Below, piece after piece: positions 36,664 to 47,068 of a stretch of 64,000 nt of DNA. The translations under genes and the position numbers were made by a program. The DNA comes from an uncultured Gemmatimonadaceae bacterium (GTDB lineage Bacteria; Gemmatimonadota; Gemmatimonadetes; Gemmatimonadales; Gemmatimonadaceae), in NCBI GenBank assembly GCA_963716745.1, contig OY970320.1, positions 416,001 through 480,000 on the forward strand, written 5' to 3'. Each line of letters begins with the position of its first letter. Position 1 is the first letter of the stretch. Under the pieces are notes generated by a model, which worked only from the letters and a program-made list of their open reading frames with translations, did not search any database and was not told where the DNA came from.

Positions 36664-37145
36664 CCGTTCACCGGCCGCAGGATGGGCCGCAGGACCATGA
36701 GCGTCGCCACGCCGAAGAGCGCGGTGATCGCCCCGGCGACCGGCGCCCACACGAGCGCCGGCATCACGATCGGCGAGCCCGGGCTGCGCGCGATGAGTAG
36801 GTAGAGCGCCGCGAACGCCCACTCGCCGAAGAAGAACAACATCGCGTTCACAGTGAGATCATCGGAGAACACCACCGACTGCAGCCACGACGCGCCGAAC
36901 GCGACGACGGCCATCGCGAGCGACGCCGCGCCGAACGGTCCCGTGCCGATCGAATCGGACACGAGTCCCACGAGCAGGCCGATCGCGGCCGCCGTGCCCG
37001 GCCGCACGCGCACTGCCACGACGAGCAGTGCCACGAGCAGGAAATCGGGGCCGTACGGCCAGCCGAGCATCGGCCGCACGGTGTACTGCAGCAACACGAG
37101 CACGAGGAACGCGATGAGAACGCGGAACGCGTCGAGGGATCTCAT
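36660..37145 (-). CDS. mreD: Rod shape-determining protein MreD
   Basis: Polytopic membrane protein with PDFLLV, between mreC and mrdA. Confidence 0.85.
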   Translation of the reverse strand: MRSLDAFRVLIAFLVLVLLQYTVRPMLGWPYGPDFLLVALLVVAVRVRPGTAAAIGLLVGLVSDSIGTGPFGAASLAMAVVAFGASWLQSVVFSDDLTVNAMLFFFGEWAFAALYLLIARSPGSPIVMPALVWAPVAGAITALFGVATLMVLRPILRPVNG

Positions 37146-38216
37146 GGTGCGGGCGGCGGCGTGGTGTCCGTGCGCGCGGCCGGCGCGGGCGGCGCGCTGC
37201 TGTCCCGGTGCGCCGCGAGACTCTCGGCGGCCGCGATCGAGTCGCGCCGGAACTTGCGGCGGCGCTTGCGCGCGATGCTGTCCGCGGCGGCGCTGTCGAG
37301 CGCGGCCTTCGCGATGCGCGCCGCCGCCGTGTCCACGGTCGTGTGCGCGAGCGAGTCGGCCACCGGCACGGAGTCGCCGCGCGCATCCTTCCATACCGGC
37401 TCCACGCCCGCCTTGAGACGGTCGGGCAGCAGCACCATCACGCTCGAGAGATCGGCCGGCGACACCGCCGGCCGCAGCAGGTAGGTACGCGCCCAGAGTT
37501 CCGGTGTCTTCACCTCCGAGATCACGACGCCCACCGGGATCCCGCGCGGGAACGTGCCACCGAGCCCGGACGTCACGATCAGCGTTCCCTTCGCGATCGA
37601 CGACCGCATCGGCACGCCGCGCATCTCGAGCAGGAAGCGCTCGGCGTCCGTACCGGGATGCGCGGCCACGATGCCGAACACGCTGCCGTCCGCCGCCATG
37701 GCGCTCGCGCGGAAATCGGGATGCGCCCAGAGCACGGCCGTGCTCATCGTCGGATCTACGCTCTTCACGAGGCCCGCGAGTCCCTCGGCGACCACCACCG
37801 GACTGAACGGTCGCACGCCGGCGCGACTGCCGGCCGAGAGCGTGACGGTGTAGTCGTCGCCCACGCCGCGGCCCTGCAGCACCTCAGCCGACACGAATCC
37901 CCATTGGAGCCGGCCGCTCAGGCCGAGCATGCGCCGCAGGCGCGCGTTCTCGCTCTCGGCGCCGGGCAAGCGCGAGCGCGCGGATCGCGACGCTGTCGGC
38001 GGCCTGCGTGCGCGACTCGCGCGATTTCCACGCAAGGCGCGCGAGCTCGGCGTCATGCTGAAGCGATACGAGCGGCGCGAGCACCGTCTCGCGGAGCGCG
38101 GCGGCGAAGGGGTCGCGGATCCGGTCGGGAAGATTGAGCGCTGTGATCGCGAGCGCGAGGCTCGCACCGAGCAAAACGAGATCCCGACGGTTGAGCGTGC
38201 GGGCGGCGGCGGGCAC
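37142..38216 (-). CDS. mreC: Rod shape-determining protein MreC (apparent frameshift ~37975)
   Basis: ENARLRRMLGL, VTSGLGGTFPRGIPVG. Confidence 0.9.
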
Positions 38217-38222
38217 TTCTCG

Positions 38223-39260
38223 TCAGGTCTGCAGGACGTTCCAGTACTTCTCCTCGTCATCCAGGATCCGCCCGGTGCCGCGCACCACGCACGTCAGCGG
38301 ATCCTCGTCCACATGGATGGGGAGGTTCGTCTCCTGGCTGAGCAGGAGATCGAGCCCGCGGATGAGCGCACCGCCTCCCGTCATCACGATGCCGCGGTCC
38401 ACGATGTCGCTCGCGAGTTCGGGCGGCGTGATCTCGAGCGCGCGGCGCACGGCGTCCACGATCTGCTGGATCGGTTCCTGGATCGCCTCGCGGATCTCGC
38501 TCGAATGCACGCGCACCGTTTTCGGGATGCCGCTCACGAGATCGCGGCCGCGCACTTCCATCTCGCGCTCGTCGCCCACCGGCGCGGCGGAACCGATCTG
38601 GATCTTCACCTGCTCCGCCGTCGGTTCGCCGATGAGCAAGTTGTAATTCTTGCGCATGAACTGCACGATCGCGATGTCGAGCTCGTCGCCGCCCGTGCGG
38701 ATGGACGTATCGCTCACGATGCCGGAGAGCGCGATGACGGCGATCTCGGTGGTGCCGCCGCCGATGTCGATCACCATGTTGCCGGTGGGTGTCTCGACGG
38801 GAAGTCCTACGCCGATCGCCGCGGCCATGGGCTCCGCCACCATGAACACTTCTTTCGCGCCGGCGCCGAGCGCCGAGTCGCGCACCGCGCGGCGCTCCAC
38901 CTCGGTGATCCCCGAGGGGACGCACACGATCACGCGCGGCTTCACCTTGAAGACGTGATTGTCGATGATGAGCGTGAGGAAATACCGCAGCATCTTCTCG
39001 GTGACATCGAAGTCCGCGATCACGCCGTCCTTCATGGGGCGCACGGCGATCACGCCTTCGGGAGTGCGGCCGAGCATGCGCTTCGCTTCGAGGCCGACCC
39101 ACTTCACTTTTCCGCTCGACCGCTCGATCGCGACGACCGACGGTTCATTCAGGACGATCCCTTCTCCCTTCACGTAGATGAGCGTGTTCGCGGTGCCGAG
39201 GTCGACGGCGATCGCGTTCGCGGGGAAGAATGAACCTGGTTTGAAGAGCGGCCAGCGCAT
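38223..39260 (-). CDS. mreB: Actin-like MreB
   Basis: [22 protein letters not shown]. Confidence 0.98.
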   Translation of the reverse strand: MRWPLFKPGSFFPANAIAVDLGTANTLIYVKGEGIVLNEPSVVAIERSSGKVKWVGLEAKRMLGRTPEGVIAVRPMKDGVIADFDVTEKMLRYFLTLIIDNHVFKVKPRVIVCVPSGITEVERRAVRDSALGAGAKEVFMVAEPMAAAIGVGLPVETPTGNMVIDIGGGTTEIAVIALSGIVSDTSIRTGGDELDIAIVQFMRKNYNLLIGEPTAEQVKIQIGSAAPVGDEREMEVRGRDLVSGIPKTVRVHSSEIREAIQEPIQQIVDAVRRALEITPPELASDIVDRGIVMTGGGALIRGLDLLLSQETNLPIHVDEDPLTCVVRGTGRILDDEEKYWNVLQT

Positions 39261-39326
39261 CGAGTGTGTGGGAGTCGCTTGGGTGCTTCGAGTTTTTTGG
39301 ATCGAACACGGGCGCTGACGCGAGTT

Positions 39327-39355
39327 AACCTAGCAAAGGAAGCAGACCGCGACAA
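39327..39355 (-). promoter_or_regulatory. Predicted mre operon promoter
   Basis: TTGTCG-17 nt-TAGGTT. Confidence 0.55.
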
Positions 39356-39400
39356 GACATTGCCTTGACACGACCTAGCACACCCGGACATCGTCCCCGC

Positions 39401-39604
39401 ATGCCCCCATCGCGTGCCACCGAAGTGGCCATCGTCGAGCTCTCGACCTGCGATGCGTGCGGCCTGTGCCTGCCCCTCTGTCCCCCCGGCGCGATCTCGC
39501 TCCGGCGCGACGGTCTCCACATTGACGACTCAGCCTGCACGGGGTGTCGGAAGTGCGTTGCGCCCTGTCCGGTGGCCGCGCTGTCGATGATCCCGCGGGC
39601 ATGA
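39401..39604 (+). CDS. 2[4Fe-4S] ferredoxin
   Basis: CDACGLCLPLCP and CTGCRKCVAPCP; promoter TTGACA-18-CATCGT 6 nt upstream. Confidence 0.9.
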   Translation: MPPSRATEVAIVELSTCDACGLCLPLCPPGAISLRRDGLHIDDSACTGCRKCVAPCPVAALSMIPRA

Positions 39605-40785
39605 TCGCGCCGATCGAGCGGGTGGACGCGCTGGTGGTGGGCGGCGGACCGGCGGGACTCATCGCTGCCCGCGAGTTCGCGGTGCGTGCGCCGGGTTCGC
39701 GGGTGCTCCTGGTGGAGCGCGACCGCGCGATCGGCGCGCCGGTGCGCTGCGGCGAGGGCGTGGGCAGCGCCGGGCTGGCCGAATTCATCGACCCGGCCGG
39801 GGCCGACTGGGTCTCACGCCGCATCACGCGGGTGATCCTCCGGGCGCCCGACGGCACCGACGTGCGCGTCGCCGAGGGGGATGTGGGCTACGTGCTGGAC
39901 CGCTCACGCTTCGAGCCGGCGCTCGCCGCGCAGGCCGGATCGGCGGGCGCCGAGATTCGGGTGGGCACCGAGGTGACGGCGCTGGCGCGGGAGGGCGCGG
40001 GCTGGCGGGCAGACCTGTCCACGGCGCGCGGCGAGAGCACGGTGGTCGCGCGGATCGTGATCGCCGCCGATGGCGTGGAGGGGATGGCCGCACGATGGGC
40101 CGGCCTCGACACGCGCGTCCCGGCGCGCGACATGGAGAGTTGCGCGCAATACGTGATGAGCGGCATCGCATTCGACCCCGACGCGATCCTGCTGCATTTC
40201 GGCCAGACGATCGCGCCCGGCGGCTACGCCTGGATCTTCCCCAAGAGCGAGCGCGACGCGAACGTGGGGCTCGGCATTGTGGCCCTCCGTGCCAACGGCC
40301 GCTCGGCGCGCGCGCATCTCGACGACTACGTCGCGCACGACTTTCCCGGCGCAACGATCACCGGGATGACCGTGGGCGGCGTGATCGTGCATCCCACGAT
40401 CAAGCGCACCGTGACCGACGCGCTGCTCGTATGCGGCGACGCCGCGCACATGATCAATCCGCTCTCGGGCGGCGGCATCGTGAACGCGATGAAGGCCGGG
40501 CGCCTCGCCGCGCACACCGCGGCCGATGCGCTCGCCGCGAACGATACGAACGCCGCCCGCCTCCAGGGGTACCACGACGCCTGGATGACCTTGCTCGGCG
40601 ACGATCACGTGCGCTTCCACCGGCTGAAGGACGCGCTCGGGAAGTTCGAGGACGGCGTCTTCAACGGCCTGGCCGCGACGGTGAATCGCATCCCCTCTGA
40701 ACGGCGTACGCTCGGGCGCGTGTTCGCACATGCGCTGGTGAAGCATCCTTCTTTGCTGCCGGTGGTGACCAAGTACTTTGTTTGA
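39601..40785 (+). CDS. Geranylgeranyl reductase-family flavoprotein (DGGGPL reductase-like)
   Basis: GGGPAG, PVRCGEG, ADG, PGGYAWIFPK, GDAAHMINPLSGGGI. Confidence 0.85.
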   Translation: MIAPIERVDALVVGGGPAGLIAAREFAVRAPGSRVLLVERDRAIGAPVRCGEGVGSAGLAEFIDPAGADWVSRRITRVILRAPDGTDVRVAEGDVGYVLDRSRFEPALAAQAGSAGAEIRVGTEVTALAREGAGWRADLSTARGESTVVARIVIAADGVEGMAARWAGLDTRVPARDMESCAQYVMSGIAFDPDAILLHFGQTIAPGGYAWIFPKSERDANVGLGIVALRANGRSARAHLDDYVAHDFPGATITGMTVGGVIVHPTIKRTVTDALLVCGDAAHMINPLSGGGIVNAMKAGRLAAHTAADALAANDTNAARLQGYHDAWMTLLGDDHVRFHRLKDALGKFEDGVFNGLAATVNRIPSERRTLGRVFAHALVKHPSLLPVVTKYFV

Positions 40786-40791
40786 ACGGCG

Positions 40792-40887
40792 CGGGAAGCG
40801 GGAAGCGGGAAGCGCCGCGCTGAACCAACGGGAGGCGATCCTCCGTAGGTATCGCGTCCCGCGGCGCTTCCCGCTTCCCGCTTCCCG
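40792..40887. repeat. Palindromic element with (CGGGAAG)3 arms, copy 1
   Basis: 28-bp perfect inverted repeat (CGGGAAG)3CGCCGCG ... CGCGGCG(CTTCCCG)3. Confidence 0.92.
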
Positions 40888-40914
40888 AACGCTGTTGACC
40901 TGAGACCGCGCCCC

Positions 40915-41382
40915 ATGCCGACGTCCCTGACCGTCAACGGAACCAAGCACACAGTCTCCGCTCCCGGCGACACGCCCCTGCTGTGGGTCCTGCGCGACGA
41001 CCTCGCCCTCACCGGCACCAAGTTCGGCTGCGGCATCGGCCAGTGCGGCGCCTGCACGGTGCACGTCGACGGGCAGCCCACGCGCTCCTGCCAACTCCCG
41101 CTGTCGGCCGTCGGCGCGCACCGGATCACGACCATCGAGGGTCTCGCGACGGCGAAGGGCCTCACGGTGGTTCAGGCCGCATGGATCGCCGAGGACGTTC
41201 CGCAGTGCGGCTATTGCCAGGCGGGGCAGATCCTCGCGGCCACGGCGCTGCTCGCGCGCACGCCGCATCCCACCGATGCCGAGATCGATGCGGCCATGAC
41301 CAACATCTGCCGCTGCGGAACGTACGTGCGCATCCGCGCGGCGATCCATCGTGCCGCCGGCGCGAACGGAGCTGCCAAGTGA
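40915..41382 (+). CDS. (2Fe-2S) subunit, IorA/CoxS family
   Basis: [30 protein letters not shown]. Confidence 0.93.
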   Translation: MPTSLTVNGTKHTVSAPGDTPLLWVLRDDLALTGTKFGCGIGQCGACTVHVDGQPTRSCQLPLSAVGAHRITTIEGLATAKGLTVVQAAWIAEDVPQCGYCQAGQILAATALLARTPHPTDAEIDAAMTNICRCGTYVRIRAAIHRAAGANGAAK

Positions 41383-43592
41383 ACGGCGCCTCGCCCGCGA
41401 TCGACCGGCGCGAGTTCCTGCGCGTGACCGGCACGGTCGCCGGCGCGATGATCATCGCGATCTCGTGGCCGCGCGCGCTCGGCGCTGCGGATCATAGCGA
41501 TGCCGCCGCATGGGAGCCCGGCCCGTTCATTCGCATCGATCCCAATGGCACCGTGACGCTCACCGTGCCGCGCCCCGACATGGGACAAGGCACCCGCACC
41601 GCTCTGCCGCTCATCATCGCCGACGAGCTCGACGCCGATTGGAGCCGCGTGACGATCGTGCAGGCGGACTTCAACCTCCGCTACGGCGATCAGTACGCAG
41701 GCGGCAGCAGCAGCGTGCGCGAGAGCTATCAGCGCATGCGCGAAGCCGGCGCCACTGCGCGCGCACTGCTCGTGGCGGCCGCGGCTGCGAAGTGGTCGGT
41801 GCTCGCCACGGATTGCGGCACGGAGAACGGCCAGGTGATCCACCTCGCCAGTAAACGCCACCTCGGCTACGGCGAGCTTGCCGCGGCCGCCGCCCTGCTG
41901 CCCGTGCCGACCGATGTGCCGCTCAAGCCGAGGAGCGCGCTCCGGCTCACCGGCACTCGGCAAAGTTCCGTGGACGCACCGGCGATCGTGCGCGGCGCGG
42001 CGAAGTTCGGGCTGGACCAGCGCGTGAGCGGTATGCTCGTCGCCGTGATCGAGCGCGCCCCGACGATCGGTTCGCAGGTCGCAAGCATCGACTCGTCGAA
42101 GGCGATCGCCGTGCCGGGTGTGAAGCAAGTGGTGCCCATCGATGCGAGCAAATTGCCGAGTCTCGGCGAGGACAATCCGCGTCCGCGTAACGGCGTCGCG
42201 GTGATCGCGACGTCCACCTGGGCGGCGATGAAGGGCCGTGCTGCGCTCGCGGTGCAGTGGACGCCGGGCGCCGGGGCGACGGCGAGCACGTCGAAGATGC
42301 GCGAGCAAGCGCTGGCGCTCGCAGCAAAGCCGGCTGAGGCGGTGCAGCTCGCCGATGGCAATGTCGCGGCCGCAATGCGAGACGCGGCGAGAGTCGTGAG
42401 CGCCACGTATGAGGTGCCGCTGCTCGCGCATGCGCCCATGGAGCCGATGAATTGTCTGGCGGATGCGCGCGGCGGGCGCTGCGTGGTATGGGCGCCGTGC
42501 CAGAATCCGGCGGGCATCCGCCAGGCCGTCGAGCGCGCGCTAGGGCTGGCCGGCGATGATGTGGACGTGCACGTCGTGCGCAGTGGCGGCGGGTTCGGCC
42601 GCCGCTTCTACGCCGATTACGCAGTAGAGGCGGCACTCCTCTCGCGCGCGGCGAATGCGCCGGTGCAAGTCGTGTGGACGCGAGAGGATGATATCCACTT
42701 CGACTTCTACCGTCCGTCGGCGCTGTTCTCGATGCGCGCCGGACTCGACGCGAACGGTACGCTCGTCGCGTGGACGTATCACATCATCAACGCCGCGCGC
42801 GGAGAGTTCCTTGAGTGGGAGATGCCGAAGGGCGCCACGGTGTGGCCCGCGGGCCGCGGCGAGACCGATCGCGGCGATTTCCCGTCGGGATTCATCGCGA
42901 ACTTCGGTCTCGAGGCGAGCCGGCTGGAGCCTGTCATTCCGCTGGGTCAGTGGCGCGCGATCGACAACTCCTCGAGCAATTTCGCGATCGACTGCTTCTT
43001 CGACGAGGTCGCGCATGCGGCGGGTCGCGATCCGCTCGAGATGCGGCTCGCGATGCTCGAGAAGCCGATCGCGATGGAGCGCCGCTCGCCTTACGACGCC
43101 GCACGCATGAGCGAGGTGTTCCGCCTCGCCGCCGCGAAGGGCGACTGGGGGAAGCCGATGCCAGCCGGCCACGGCCGCGGTCTCGCCGGCGGGCACAACA
43201 ATGGCGCGTACGTCGCCGAGGTCGCCGAAGTGGAGGTCGCGGCCGACGGCAAGGTGAAAGTGAATCGCGTGGTGGCCGCCGTGGATATCGGCCGCGTCGT
43301 GAACGTGAGCGGCGCGGAAGCGCAGGTGCAGGGCGCGATCATCTACGGACTCTCGGCGGCGCTGCTCGAGAAGATCACCGTGGAAGACGGCCGCGTGCAG
43401 CAGAGCAACTTCAATGACTTCCCGGCCCTGCGCATGGCGGAGGCGCCCTCCATCGAAGTGCACTTCGTTCCAAGCGATTCGGCGCCCCTCGGCATCGGAG
43501 AGGGTGCGTTGCCCGCGGCGGCGCCCGCCGTATGCAACGCGATATTCAATGCGAGTGGCAAGCGCGTGCGGGCTTTGCCGATAAACAGCTGA
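41379..43592 (+). CDS. Molybdopterin-binding subunit, IorB/xanthine dehydrogenase family, Tat-exported
   Basis: DRREFLR Tat motif, DMGQG, AHAPMEP, GGGFGRR, GIGE. Confidence 0.9.
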   Translation: MNGASPAIDRREFLRVTGTVAGAMIIAISWPRALGAADHSDAAAWEPGPFIRIDPNGTVTLTVPRPDMGQGTRTALPLIIADELDADWSRVTIVQADFNLRYGDQYAGGSSSVRESYQRMREAGATARALLVAAAAAKWSVLATDCGTENGQVIHLASKRHLGYGELAAAAALLPVPTDVPLKPRSALRLTGTRQSSVDAPAIVRGAAKFGLDQRVSGMLVAVIERAPTIGSQVASIDSSKAIAVPGVKQVVPIDASKLPSLGEDNPRPRNGVAVIATSTWAAMKGRAALAVQWTPGAGATASTSKMREQALALAAKPAEAVQLADGNVAAAMRDAARVVSATYEVPLLAHAPMEPMNCLADARGGRCVVWAPCQNPAGIRQAVERALGLAGDDVDVHVVRSGGGFGRRFYADYAVEAALLSRAANAPVQVVWTREDDIHFDFYRPSALFSMRAGLDANGTLVAWTYHIINAARGEFLEWEMPKGATVWPAGRGETDRGDFPSGFIANFGLEASRLEPVIPLGQWRAIDNSSSNFAIDCFFDEVAHAAGRDPLEMRLAMLEKPIAMERRSPYDAARMSEVFRLAAAKGDWGKPMPAGHGRGLAGGHNNGAYVAEVAEVEVAADGKVKVNRVVAAVDIGRVVNVSGAEAQVQGAIIYGLSAALLEKITVEDGRVQQSNFNDFPALRMAEAPSIEVHFVPSDSAPLGIGEGALPAAAPAVCNAIFNASGKRVRALPINS

Positions 43593-43599
43593 GGCGCGT

Positions 43600-43699
43600 C
43601 GGGACGCGGGGCGCGGGAAGCGCCGCGGGAATCGAGAACTGCGCGGGAACGCGCGTCCCGTCGGTCGTCATCGCGGCGAGTCCCGAGTCCCGAGTCCCG
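43600..43699. repeat. Degenerate copy of the heptamer-armed palindromic element
   Basis: CGGGACG CGGGGCG CGGGAAG CGCCGCG ... CGCGGCG (AGTCCCG)3; 26 bp identical to 62333-62358. Confidence 0.85.
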
Positions 43700-43704
43700 C
43701 GCAG

Positions 43705-44949
43705 TTAGTGCCCCACCCTGCGCGCCGTCACCAGCACCGCGATCTCGTCGGGCCGTGGATTGATGAAATCCAGACGGATCCGGCCGTCGGGCATCTCGCT
43801 CACCGTCGCCGGGATCGAGCTGTTCGTTAGCACCCAGCCCGCGGGCAGCACCACGGCGTTCGGCGCGCGACCGAAGCTGCGGTTCCAGATCAGCTGATCG
43901 TCGGCGACATAGTAGCGCGCGGAGTCGGTGTAGGTCTCGTACATGCGAATCCGGATCGACGTGCCGGCCTTCACGGCAGGATAGCTGAACACGACGGCCT
44001 CAGCAGCGCCCGCAAGTTCCTCGGCGGGCACGCCGAGATTCGCGGGCGTGAGCGCATCGCCTCTCACCACTTTGAACGTGAGCTTCGCGCCCGTGTCGAG
44101 ATCGCGCGCCGAGGGATTCGCGACCGAGCTGCCGGGGCGAACAACGTTCACGTAGGTGCTCTCGCCTGGCTTCGACTCGGTGTAGTCGTGATAGAGATCG
44201 AATGCGTGCGTCTCCGGCTGCTGCAGGAAATACACGATCTTCCGGTTCTGATGCGCGCGTTCATCGAGTCGCGCGGCGAGCGCCGGCGCGAGCTTCGCCG
44301 CGGGCGGCATCGTGGCCGCGCGCGCCTTCACGACGAGCGGCGCTTCGGCGGGTGTGTTGTTCCAGAAGCTGATCGCGATGCGGCCGTCGGGCTGCTGCAG
44401 CACCTGCGACGGATAGTTGCACGAGATGAGCTCGTAGCCCGGCGGCAGCACCACCGTGTTGCGCTTGATGCCGAGCGGCCGGTCGAACACGAGCGTGTCA
44501 CCCTTGAAGAAATAGCTCTTGGGATCCTCGTAGGTCTTATCGATGAGGATGCGCGCCTCGCCGCCGTCGGGCGGCACGGGATGCGCGAGCATCACGCGGA
44601 TGTATGTCTGCGTGGAATCGCCGCCGCGCACGCCGCCGGCGACGGCGACTGCATTTCCCACAACGTCGAACTTGAGCGGCTTTCCGCTCGCGCGATCGGT
44701 GACGTGCTCGTCGGTGGCGATGCTGCCTTTGCGGATCGGATTGAAGTAGGCCATCGCACCGGCGGTCGTGGCCGTCACTTCATAGAGGATCCGGAACTTC
44801 CCGGTGCCTGCGGGCGGCGCGAGGAGCTCGTACCGCGTGTAGCCGTCGGCTTCTGTTTGTGGCGCGGTCGCGGAGACCGGCGCCTGCGCCGCCGCGGTCG
44901 CAGTGAGGAGCGCTACGACCGCGGCGGTGCTGCACGAGATTTTCATCAC
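43705..44949 (-). CDS. Secreted hypothetical protein with internally duplicated domain
   Basis: Signal peptide; two similar halves (TY.D..Y...D.L...R..G...N.VVLP.G..L....DGRI...F.N..P). Confidence 0.8.
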   Translation of the reverse strand: MMKISCSTAAVVALLTATAAAQAPVSATAPQTEADGYTRYELLAPPAGTGKFRILYEVTATTAGAMAYFNPIRKGSIATDEHVTDRASGKPLKFDVVGNAVAVAGGVRGGDSTQTYIRVMLAHPVPPDGGEARILIDKTYEDPKSYFFKGDTLVFDRPLGIKRNTVVLPPGYELISCNYPSQVLQQPDGRIAISFWNNTPAEAPLVVKARAATMPPAAKLAPALAARLDERAHQNRKIVYFLQQPETHAFDLYHDYTESKPGESTYVNVVRPGSSVANPSARDLDTGAKLTFKVVRGDALTPANLGVPAEELAGAAEAVVFSYPAVKAGTSIRIRMYETYTDSARYYVADDQLIWNRSFGRAPNAVVLPAGWVLTNSSIPATVSEMPDGRIRLDFINPRPDEIAVLVTARRVGH

Positions 44950-44959
44950 GCGGACCGCC

Positions 44960-45532
44960 CTACATCTTCCTCGGATACGACGACGGCGGGATCATGCCGT
45001 TCAGCCGCATGTAGTTCGCCATCTGGCTGTAGTGATCCACCAGATCGGTCACGAACACGACGGCGAGCGTCGAGCGCACGATCTTGCGTCCCGGGGCGAA
45101 GCCGGGCATCGAATCCACGAGTTTGGCATCCGTCATGCCATCCCACGCGGTCTTGCAGAATTCGAACGACGCCTTGAGGCGGGCGACGAGCGTGTCCTTG
45201 GGCCAGTTCATCTTCACCGTATCGGCCGCCGAATCGCGCGCGGTCATGGGGTGCATCATGCCGCTCATGCGCCCACAGATGGAGTAGTTCGCCTCTTCCA
45301 GGTGCGCCGCGATCTGCCCGATCGACATTTGCGCCGGCGTCGGCTTATAGCCGTACTTGGCGGCCGGAACAGAGTCGAACGCTGTGGTAAGCCACCCGGC
45401 GTACTGATTCCCGAAGCGGCGGAGCGACGACACGATCACCGTGCCCGGCGCGCTGGGCTGCGGCGCCTGCTGCGCCGCCGCCGCGGCTGCGATCGCGAGC
45501 GTGAGTATGCTGGCTCCGATTGTCTTTTTCAT
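44960..45532 (-). CDS. Secreted DinB/YfiT-family protein
   Basis: Signal peptide, YKPTPAQMSIGQIAAH, HYSQMANYMRLNGMIPPS. Confidence 0.85.
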   Translation of the reverse strand: MKKTIGASILTLAIAAAAAAQQAPQPSAPGTVIVSSLRRFGNQYAGWLTTAFDSVPAAKYGYKPTPAQMSIGQIAAHLEEANYSICGRMSGMMHPMTARDSAADTVKMNWPKDTLVARLKASFEFCKTAWDGMTDAKLVDSMPGFAPGRKIVRSTLAVVFVTDLVDHYSQMANYMRLNGMIPPSSYPRKM

Positions 45533-45607
45533 CCGTCCTCCGTGATTGATGATTTCCCGCCAAGCACTTAGCCTGGCGCCTGGCACACGACTAGTCAATG
45601 CACCCAC

Positions 45608-45630
45608 GCCGCCCGTACGAGGCGGGCGGC
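45608..45630 (-). terminator. GC hairpin after dapB
   Basis: GCCGCCCG-7 nt-CGGGCGGC; no strong U-tract. Confidence 0.4.
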
Positions 45631-45633
45631 ATG

Positions 45634-46434
45634 TCACAGTTCCAGCACCGAATCCAGTCCGCGGTGCACCCCCACCAGGGTCGCAACCTTCCGGATCGCG
45701 AGCAGCGCGCCGGCGGCATACGGGCGCGCGCTGTTGCCCGAATCGTGCCGGATCGAAAGGCGCTGATCCTCCATCCCGAAGATCACCTCGGCGCTGATCA
45801 CGAAGCCGGGCAGTCGGAGCGAATGCACCTGCGACCCGGAGACCGTTGCGCCGCGCGTCTCGCGCGGGCCCACGGTTTTCTCCAAGGGCACGGTGAGCTC
45901 CGGGCTGCGCACCTTTGACAATCGATCCGCTAGCTCCCGCACCGTGCCGCTCGGCGCGTCCACCTTCGCGTCGCTCGCGTAGTCGATGATCTCCCAGTGA
46001 GGGATCAGCCGCGCCGCGGCCTCGGCGAACTTCTGCAACAAGACCGCCGTCAACGCGAAATTGCCGCACGCCAGCACGCCACGCCGCTTCCGCTGCGCGA
46101 CCACGTCGATCTCCGCGAGATCGCGCTCGGTGAGACCCGACGTTCCGACGACGACGTGCGCGTCGTGCTCGAGCGCGGCCAGGATGTTCGCCTTGGCCGA
46201 TGAAGGCGTGGTGTATTCGACGAACACATCGCATGGCGTGGCGAGCGCTTCCGCGGCGGTGGCGAACACGCGCGCGGTGAGTTTCGGCTCGCCGAGCACG
46301 TCGCCGAGCATATGCCCGGCGTGCGTGCGCCCAACGGCCGAGACGACGGAGAGATCGGTCGTGCTCGCTATCGCGCGCGACAATTCGGAGCCCGCCCACC
46401 CGGTGGCGCCTGCCAAACAGATCCTGATCGGCAT
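45634..46434 (-). CDS. dapB: 4-hydroxy-tetrahydrodipicolinate reductase
   Basis: GATGWAG, VVGTSG, KVDAPSGT, VHSLRLPG. Confidence 0.88.
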   Translation of the reverse strand: MPIRICLAGATGWAGSELSRAIASTTDLSVVSAVGRTHAGHMLGDVLGEPKLTARVFATAAEALATPCDVFVEYTTPSSAKANILAALEHDAHVVVGTSGLTERDLAEIDVVAQRKRRGVLACGNFALTAVLLQKFAEAAARLIPHWEIIDYASDAKVDAPSGTVRELADRLSKVRSPELTVPLEKTVGPRETRGATVSGSQVHSLRLPGFVISAEVIFGMEDQRLSIRHDSGNSARPYAAGALLAIRKVATLVGVHRGLDSVLEL

Positions 46435-46470
46435 TCAACTAGCCTCCAACTTCGGGAGCGGCAATTCCGA

Positions 46471-46977
46471 TCAACGTGAGGTCCCCTTCGCGGGGGTCAC
46501 GTGGTACTCGGCGAACGAACGCCAGCCGCCGTGGCCATCGCCTTTCTCGAGGCGGAAATGCCAACCGATGGTCGGCCCGCGATAGACCCAGACATCGCGG
46601 AACGGTCCGTCCGAGTACTGGAAGGTGAACTCCAGCGTGTCGCCGCGCATCGTGCCCGCGCCGGCCGGCACTGAATAGGCGGCGCCGAAGCCATCCAGCC
46701 AGTGCACGAGCACGCGCGCCGGCGCGGTGTCGGCGCCGACGAACACGCGCGCTTCGTACTGTGCGGGCTGCCCGAGGTCGGCCATGTGCAGCTCGACATA
46801 TTTATGATCGAGCACCCAGGTCGCCGCCATCGCGTACGCCACGGGCTTGCCCCGCACGTTGCCGGACATGCGCCATTCGCCAATGAGCCGGCCGAGCAGC
46901 GAGTCGCTTGCCGCTTGGGCATGCGATCGGCCCGCGACCACCAGCGCAGCGATCAGGAAAAGAGATGCACGTGTCAT
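46471..46977 (-). CDS. Secreted hypothetical protein (DUF1579-like beta fold)
   Basis: Signal peptide, LIGEW, WVLD, HWLD.FG. Confidence 0.65.
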   Translation of the reverse strand: MTRASLFLIAALVVAGRSHAQAASDSLLGRLIGEWRMSGNVRGKPVAYAMAATWVLDHKYVELHMADLGQPAQYEARVFVGADTAPARVLVHWLDGFGAAYSVPAGAGTMRGDTLEFTFQYSDGPFRDVWVYRGPTIGWHFRLEKGDGHGGWRSFAEYHVTPAKGTSR

Positions 46978-47068
46978 TCGCGGTCACGATGATGCACCGC
47001 GCAGACCGTTGCGGCAATGTTGCTCATGCGCACTTGCCTCGCGGTGTGCGCCGTGCGATTCTCGACGG

